Assembly (NCBI RefSeq): GCF_046119375.1
Contig: NW_027362765.1
Coordinates: forward strand, 232,438,001-232,502,000
DNA: 64,000 nucleotides
Direction of reading: 5' to 3'
Origin: Phyllobates terribilis
Lineage: Eukaryota
Position numbers and translations under genes: made by a program. Below the pieces are notes generated by a model that searched no databases, was not told where the DNA came from, and saw only the letters and a program-made list of their open reading frames with translations. Shown one piece after another: positions 57,071 through 64,000 of the stretch; within the stretch, counting starts at the first letter, position 1, and each line of letters begins with the position of its first letter.

Positions 57071-57963
57071 TACTGTTCTTTCTTGACCTGTGCATCCTTA
57101 TTTTTTATCATATGGAAGCTGTATTTTGGGGAGGCAGCAGGGAAAGCAAAAGAGCTGACATGTGAAACAGAAATCACCATAAAAGGGTTATCGTGTGTGG
57201 AAATCCCTGGTAGTAAGCTGACTGGTTCTTTTACCCTGCCCTTACCCCCATGAAAAAATGAGCAGAGGAGGAAACCAAAATGTTCATGCTCTCATCCCAA
57301 TGGAAGCCATTGTTTTCAATGGAGATCTATGAAGCCTGTTTACATTGAGCATCTCTGAAGTCAGCTGGCACCTTCAGAAGCCCCTATGTTAGTCAAACAA
57401 GTACTAAAAGGAAACAGACTTCATTAAACGGAACCTGTTAGAAACTTTAACCCACCCAAACCATTTGTAGGATTGTGTAGCCCTTTAAAAGATAAAACAG
57501 TCAATTAATTTATGACCCCAAAGTGTTGTTTCAGCTTCAGAGATTGTGTTTTGAAGTTGAGTCTTGAAGTGCATTAGGGTGTGCTGATGCACTTACAGCT
57601 CCTCATCCTCTGCCGTATTTCTGAACTAGCAGCAGCCTCTCCCGACTGAATGACAGGTCAGTGGCCAGTGTACTAAAGCTAATGATCTGTCAATCAGTGA
57701 AGGGAGGGTGCTGCTAGTTTAGGAATACATCAGAGGTTAGGGAAATGTAAGGAGCAGCACGATTGGTGCTGGTTTATCCTATAAAGGGCTACACAATCAC
57801 ATTAATGGTGTGCGAGGGGATGAAGTGAACAAAAGTTTCTGACAGGTAACTTTTACTATTGACTAAGAATAAGCCTGAGGAGCTGATAGGCAGGCAGTAT
57901 GTTATAGAGTGGAAGCAGCTGAACAGATTGATACAAATCATTTGGGGAATTGATTTGGTATAA

Positions 57964-58822
57964 GCCTGTGTGCCCACGATGCGTTTTTTAAGCGTTTCCG
58001 AAGCGGCACAAACGCTGCAGAAACGCTTAAAAAATGCATGGTAGAAGGCCTGCCATGTCCCCCAATGATAATCCGCATGTGCTGTGCACATGCTGCGGAA
58101 ATTTCCGCTGCGGATTATCATTGCAGAAAAAAACACAGCACTACCAATTATTTTGCGGAAGCGCTGCGTTTTCTCCGCCATTGACTTGCATTGGAACACT
58201 TGGATTCCGCATCACTGTATATGTAGATGCGCATTCCACGCCTTTCAATGTGCGGATGGTACCTGGGTTTGGAGAAGAGGAGACTCTCCTCCGGACCCGG
58301 GTACCATAGAACCTGTAAAAAAAAGAATAAAATAAAAAATAAATATTATACTTACCTTCTGATGGCCCCCGGTCTCCTTGTCTTCGCTTGCCGGCAGATT
58401 GCGGTGGACTGAAGGACCTGTGACAAGTCACGCGACGCTGACGTCGGCCGGTCCTTCAGTGTACCACGAGCTGCCGGAGTGAGGCAAGACACCGGGGGCC
58501 ATCAGAAGGTAAATATAATATTTATTTTGTTATTTTTTACCATTCTTTCGGTCACACTATATAAATCCATGCCAGTTGCATGGATTTAAATAGTGTGACC
58601 AAGTTGTCAAGCACTTTCCACGTGATGCTAAAATCGCTTGGAAAGCGCTTGACAACCCGCATGCGGAAATGCATGTGAAGAACGCTTCACATCCGCAAGT
58701 CCCTGGCAGGAAAACGCATGTACAATCCGCATGTACAATCCGCATGCTTTTTTTCTGCCAGGGAGATGCAGAAACGCTCAGGAAAAAAATCTGGAGCATT
58801 TCTGCTTCGTGGGCACATAGCC
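57964..58822. mobile_element. Harbinger-type non-autonomous element (859 bp) with palindromic core
   Basis: Family B TIRs, TAA TSD on both sides, core fold-back at 58320-58540. Confidence 0.82.
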
Positions 58823-58825
58823 TAA

Positions 58826-59020
58826 GGCTATGTTCACATGTTCAGTTTTTTTTCAGTATGTTACATCAGTATTTGTAAGCCAAAATCAGGAGTGGGTAAA
58901 AAATGCAGTGGTGGTGCACATGTTTGTATTATACTTTTCCTGTGATTGTTTCACTCCTGAGTTTGGCTTACAAATGTTAATATAAAATACTGACCAAACA
59001 CTGAAAGTGTGACCGTAGCC
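58826..59020. mobile_element. Harbinger MITE family A
   Basis: GGCTATGTTCACA...GTGACCGTAGCC, TAA on both sides (left TAA shared with the previous element). Confidence 0.8.
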
Positions 59021-59245
59021 TAACAATCATTAATCGAAATCTCTGCTCATTATGGACTTAAAGGGAACCTGTCACCAGATTTGACCGATATGAGATACGG
59101 TCACCACCTTTCAGCCCTCATATAATAAACCCAGACCTGCAAAGACAAGAAAAATAGCTTTTATTATGCTCATCTGGGGGGCAGTCTGGTCCGACAGGTG
59201 TCGCTCGTCATGGTCCCGTCAAACCTGGTGAAAGGTTTGCTTTGA

Positions 59246-59437
59246 GACCATCGACCCACTATCAGTATTCGGTCAATATATTTTCTCAGGAGTGGGAGAC
59301 AAAACCAGGAGTGGGTGATAAATGCAGAATTGGTGACTGGTTTCTATTATACCCTTTCTCTGATTGTTCCTCACCTGGTTTTGGCTTCCACTCCTGAGAA
59401 AAAATACTGACTGAATACTGATAGTGGGGCCATGGCC
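59246..59437. mobile_element. Harbinger MITE (family A variant)
   Basis: Inverted homologue of 53916-54118; left end degenerate. Confidence 0.7.
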
Positions 59438-59785
59438 TAAGTGTCCAGCGGGCAGTACTAGTAGATTTTCATCACAGGTCGTGTGCAGAGCAAGGCCAGG
59501 AGATGAGCCCACTTCATACCAGATAGATGTCGCCTGTGTTTCACAGCCAACATCTGCCTCTAACAATCGCTGTTGTTTAACCATTTAAATGCTGCTGTCA
59601 ATTACTAACAGCAGCATTTAAATTATCTGCTTTCCGGTGTCTTGATGGATTACCATGACATCTGATGGCCTGCTTAAAGAGGAGTTCAAAACTAAAGTTG
59701 ATTGTAATCCTAAAGGTCTGCCTATCTAATGTAAAAACCTAATAGCTTTTCTAATAAAACTTTGATGAAAAAGTCCCTACCGTTC

Positions 59786-60217
59786 TGTTATGATCTGCAA
59801 CAAGTACTAAGGAAAGATAGGGGAAAGCTGTCCCTACAGTAAGACTAAGCTGAATCCCTACGATGTAGCAGGCTGCCTGTTCCTAGTGAACAGACCCGCC
59901 TAAGTCCTCGGCTAGTCTGAACGAAGACCTATAGAATTAAGGGAGGGGTCCCTAAAAGAACTAAGGACTGAGACAAAAAAGGGACACCTCCTAAACAGAA
60001 GTTGTTGCAGAACACAAAAAGATAAACTGACAAAAAGTACTAGAGGTCCCAGAGGACCAAGCGAACTTGACAGAGAAAGGCACAGAAGCACCTGGCTAGA
60101 GAGACAGTAGAACACTGAAGTCCAGCACAGCCAGACGGGCGGAGCTGGAATATAAAGGCAGATGGTGACATGACCGCAAACCACAAGATAGAAAAAACTA
60201 ACAGGAGGGTTCTAACA
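59786..60217 (-). mobile_element. Solo LTR (432 bp) of the chromovirus copy A family
   Basis: TGTTA...CTAACA, perfect 5-bp TSD CGTTC (59781-59785 and 60218-60222), high similarity to 1806-2205 plus 5259-5297. Confidence 0.93.
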
Positions 60218-62279
60218 CGTTCCCTGTCTACTCTATCTGCTTTATTTATTCATTTTACTTTGATTTTGATGACATTTCATTTGAGATTCTGCAGTCCATG
60301 CTGGGTTACTTAAACAGGATGTCATCAAATGGCTGGGGTTGCATTCACTCCCGCAGCTGCTTTCTCCAACCTGAAACAAAGCGTCATCAGTGACATCTGT
60401 TTCAAGGGTTGGGCTAGTCCCTACACTACTGTGCATGTGTTGGTTGTGAATTCTGAAGCTTACTCTTTGTGCAATATTCCTTTTCAATCAATGTGCAGTG
60501 ACAGTGCGCTCCCTCACTGGCTCTAATGAGAAGCGAGGAACCAGCAAGAGAGTGCACTGTCAGTGAGCATTGTAAATGAGAGAACGTGGGGAACTGGGAG
60601 CTCAGAGACCAGACTTCCCACTCAAACAGATGTCACTGATGACATAACTCTCCTTTCTTCTCCAATGGCCCTTTAAGTGCTGGTAGAGCATTTTGTGGTT
60701 ATGGTAGGTTTTATTCCATTTAGCGTATTACTAATCATTCTAAGACTTCTATTAAACCACCATTGAACAAAACACCTATAAGGAAGAGTGATAAGACCCA
60801 ATTTTTCCGTTGAGGTATATACCTAGTAAATGACCCATTAAATCAGACAGTGGCATCTTGAGGTTGGCATAAGCATCCCACAAGTTTTTGCAGACAGGCA
60901 AAACATCAAACAAGGCGCAAGATGAAAGCATCTTTCAGCTTTATTATTTTTGTAAATAACTGTTATCTTTTATGAGTCTTGAAAATCTAGCGCAAAACAT
61001 GTAGGAGGTAAGGAGAATGATGACTGAGCTGCATTGAAAATCAAAGCGGAGGCTTTTTGATCAGGCTGGATTGGGTATGACATGCATGAAACAGCATCAA
61101 ACATTATGCACAAATGAATGTTAGAAACCATTGATTGGAAAATAATGAATTATTGCTGGAAATGACTTTAAGTTATCTGAAACTATCTTTATTATCATAA
61201 TAAAAAGGGGTTGCCCTATTTCAATCAGCCCCTCTATTGCTATGCTATAGGTCTTGCAATAGACCATCTCTCCACTTTTGTTACTCACCTGTTCCAGCAC
61301 AATCACTGGGCCTGGCTACTGTCTTCTATGGCCGCCTCAGTTTGCAGTAGTTCATGCCAGGTTTCTAAGGTAACCCAGCTAATTACTCTGCCAGAGCTGG
61401 CCTTAAAAGGCCTAGGGTCATGATGTCAGAGGTGAGGCGCTTGGGTATCAAGTAGCATTCCCAAAGTTGCCTCAAGTTTGTCAGGAATTTGCTGCTATGT
61501 CTCTTGGCACAGCTCAATTTAGGAGTCTACCATCAGCCTTGCTATTCCTGACTTCCTACAAACAGTTATTTCCAAGCCCAGTCCAGTTTTCTTGGTGTAG
61601 TCCACACCAACCACTCAACAAGTTATCAGCGGCTCACAACCGTTCTGGAACCTGTTCACACCTAATCTCTGCAGTCAAGCAAACGCATCTCGATATCTCC
61701 AGTTTGTCTATACTACACTGCTATGCTATCCTTCGGTAAACCATTTCCTCGCTACAAATCCCAGTTAGCATATATCACTGCAATTAATCATTTTCCTCAC
61801 TGGAAAATGCCAGACACCAGTCTGCATTTATTTCCGTCTTGTATCTGTATTGACCATTTCCCTGCTGGAAGATTCCAAGCTTCATTTACTACTGGTATAC
61901 CTGTGATTAACCATTGACCTGCTGGATGATATCAGAATTTATTTCTGTGATTAACTGCAACCCTTCTGGAAGATTCCAGTTTATTATCAGCTTGTTTGTC
62001 TGCCATTCTGCATACTCATTTGCCCTAGCCCTCTCTGACCCATGTGTCATCTGTCAAGACTCACTCTTTGCACCATTGCCTCCAGGTCATGATGCTCACC
62101 CATACCTACGGCTAAGAGAGTCTACCTCACCTAGTGAGCCCTTATCATCTCTAAATAGTCAGAAACATGATTATAGTGGGTGCAAGAGTTGCAGTTTTGT
62201 CCGGGCCTTGAAGCCTAGGTGAGCCAAAAAGGTCCCTGAGGGTCACATAAGAAGACCAATACTAATAAAAACCATTTGT

Positions 62280-63929
62280 TGAAATTACTGCTTTTGGGGT
62301 ATGTCTCTACAGGCTTTACGTATCTAGAGGCTGAAATTTTTGCCCATTTTTCTTTGCAAACTAGCTCTAGCTCAGTGAGATTGGATGGAGAGCGTCTGTG
62401 AACAACAATTTTCAAGTCTTGTCACAGATTCTTAATGGGATTTAGCTCTGGACTGTCACTGGACCATTCAAGCACATGAATATGCTTTGATCTAAACCTT
62501 TCCTTTGGAGCTCTGGAAGTATTAGAGTTGTTGTCCTGCTGGAAAGTGAACCTACCCTACACTCCAGTGTCAAGTGTTTTGCAGCTTCTTACAGGTTTTC
62601 TCAAGGATTTACCTAAATTTAGCTCCATCCATCTTCCCATAAACTCTGACCAGCTTCCTTGTCCCTGGTGAAGAAAAGCATCCCCATAATATGATGCTGC
62701 TACCACCGTGTGTTGATGGTGGGGATGGTGTTTTCAGGGTGATGTGCAGTGTTAGTTTTCTGCCAAATTTGGCGTTTTGTATTTAGCGCAAAAAGTTCTA
62801 CTTTGGTCTTATCTGGCCAGATCATGTTCTTTCACAAGTTACCTTTGTCCCCTACATGGCTTTTTGCAAACTAGAAATGGGATTTCTTATGGCTTGCTTT
62901 CAAAAATGCCTTTCTACTTGACAACTCTTCCATAAAGGCCAGATTTGTGGAGTATACGACTTAGGCTGCGTGCCCACGTTGCGGATTACAAGCGCTTTTG
63001 ACGCGGATTTTCCGCAGCGTAAACGCTTGTAAAACGCTTGTTAATCCGCACCCCATGGTCCCCAATGAGAATCCGCAAGTTCTATGCCCATGCTGCGGAT
63101 TTTTCCGCAGCGTTTATGCTGCGTTCAAAAATCCGCAGCATGTTCATTGATTTTGCGTTTCCGCATGCGGAATTGCCTTATACAATGCATGAAAAAACGC
63201 AAGGCAATTCCGCATGTCGAAAACGCGTGAAAAACGCGTGCGGAATTCCGCATGCGTTTTTCCGGGAGAGGACATGCGGAAATTAAGCAGAAATTTTCTG
63301 CTTCATTTCCGCAACGTGGGCACATAGCCTAATAGTTGTCCTGTGGACAGATCCTCCCACCTGAGCTGGGGATCCCTGCAGATTCTCCAGAGTGACCATG
63401 GGCCTCTTGGCTGCTTCTCTAATTAGTGCTCTCCTTGCTTGGGATGTCATTTTAGGTGGACAGCCAAGTGTTGGTAGGTTTGCAGTTTTGCCATACTCCT
63501 TACATTTTTGGATGATGGATTGAACAGCGCTACGTGAGATGTTCAGAGCTTTGGCTATATTTTTTTTTTATAACCGAACCCTGCTTAATTCTTATCCACA
63601 ACTTTATTCCTGAAATGTCTGGTGTGTTTCTTAGTTTTCATGATACTGTTTAATCACTAATGTTCTCAAACAAATCTATGAGGTCTTCACAGAACATCTG
63701 TAGTTATACTGAACATAAATTACACACAGGTGGACTCAATTTTCTAATTATATGACTTCTGGAGGCAATTGGTGACTCAGGTTTTTGTTTAGGAGTATCA
63801 GACTACAGGGGGCTGAATACAAATGCATATCAAAATTTTCATATTTATATTTTTTAAATTAATTAGGAAACCATGTATCATTTCCTTTACCCTTCACAGA
63901 CACTTGCTATTTTATGTTGATATATCACA
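62280..63929 (-). mobile_element. Decayed Tc1-family transposon with transposase pseudogene (ATG at 63641), split by a MITE
   Basis: Minus-strand fragments RALIREAAKRPMVTL, LWPDKTK, HGGSSIILWGCFS, FQQDN, WSSDSPELNPI and PSNLTELELVCKEKWAKI, with multiple stops and frameshifts. Confidence 0.88.
62964..63329. mobile_element. Harbinger MITE (family B-related) inserted in the Tc1 transposase
   Basis: GGCTGCGTGCCCACGTTGCG...CGCAACGTGGGCACATAGCC, TTA/TAA flanks. Confidence 0.85.
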
Positions 63930-63931
63930 TA

Positions 63932-64000
63932 CACTGTGTTCCAAATTATTATGCAAATAATATTTTCTCAGATTTTCCCAAATTACCTATATGAATTGCA
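63932..64000. mobile_element. Start of another Tc1-like element (runs off the window)
   Basis: TA + CACTGTGTTCCAAATTATTATGCAA, a Tc1-type terminus recalled from frog elements. Confidence 0.5.

Noticed and set aside
61400-62200. Possible decayed LTR
   Set aside because: LTR-like composition with internal repeats, but termini and TSD are not identifiable.

Overview
Vertebrate genomic DNA, most likely an anuran amphibian. That assignment is inferred from the MMP9 protein and from the frog-type piggyBac, Kolobok/T2, Harbinger, hAT and Tc1 elements. The only host gene I can identify is an intact 13-exon mmp9 on the + strand (ATG 45363, stop 56698, 2031 nt, 676 aa). All its splice sites are GT-AG and the reading frame is consistent across exons. 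The 45 kb upstream and 7 kb downstream are mostly nested transposable elements. The most notable structure is at 18110-27770: a non-autonomous LTR element (1271-bp LTRs with 4 mismatches, ATTA TSD, tRNA-Ser PBS) with no gag/pol. It carries a disrupted ORF with a clear cold-shock-domain signature and a 20-bp-phased E2F/YY1 motif array. A very young Tf1/sushi-type chromovirus (identical 421-bp LTRs, CCGAC TSD, gag-pol one homopolymer indel from intact) is inserted inside that element's PBS. Also present are a piggyBac element with a decayed transposase, a candidate U3:A8 hammerhead ribozyme, four solo LTRs, a decayed Tc1 transposase, many MITEs and several minisatellites. All coordinates and alignments were read by eye and no database searches were run.
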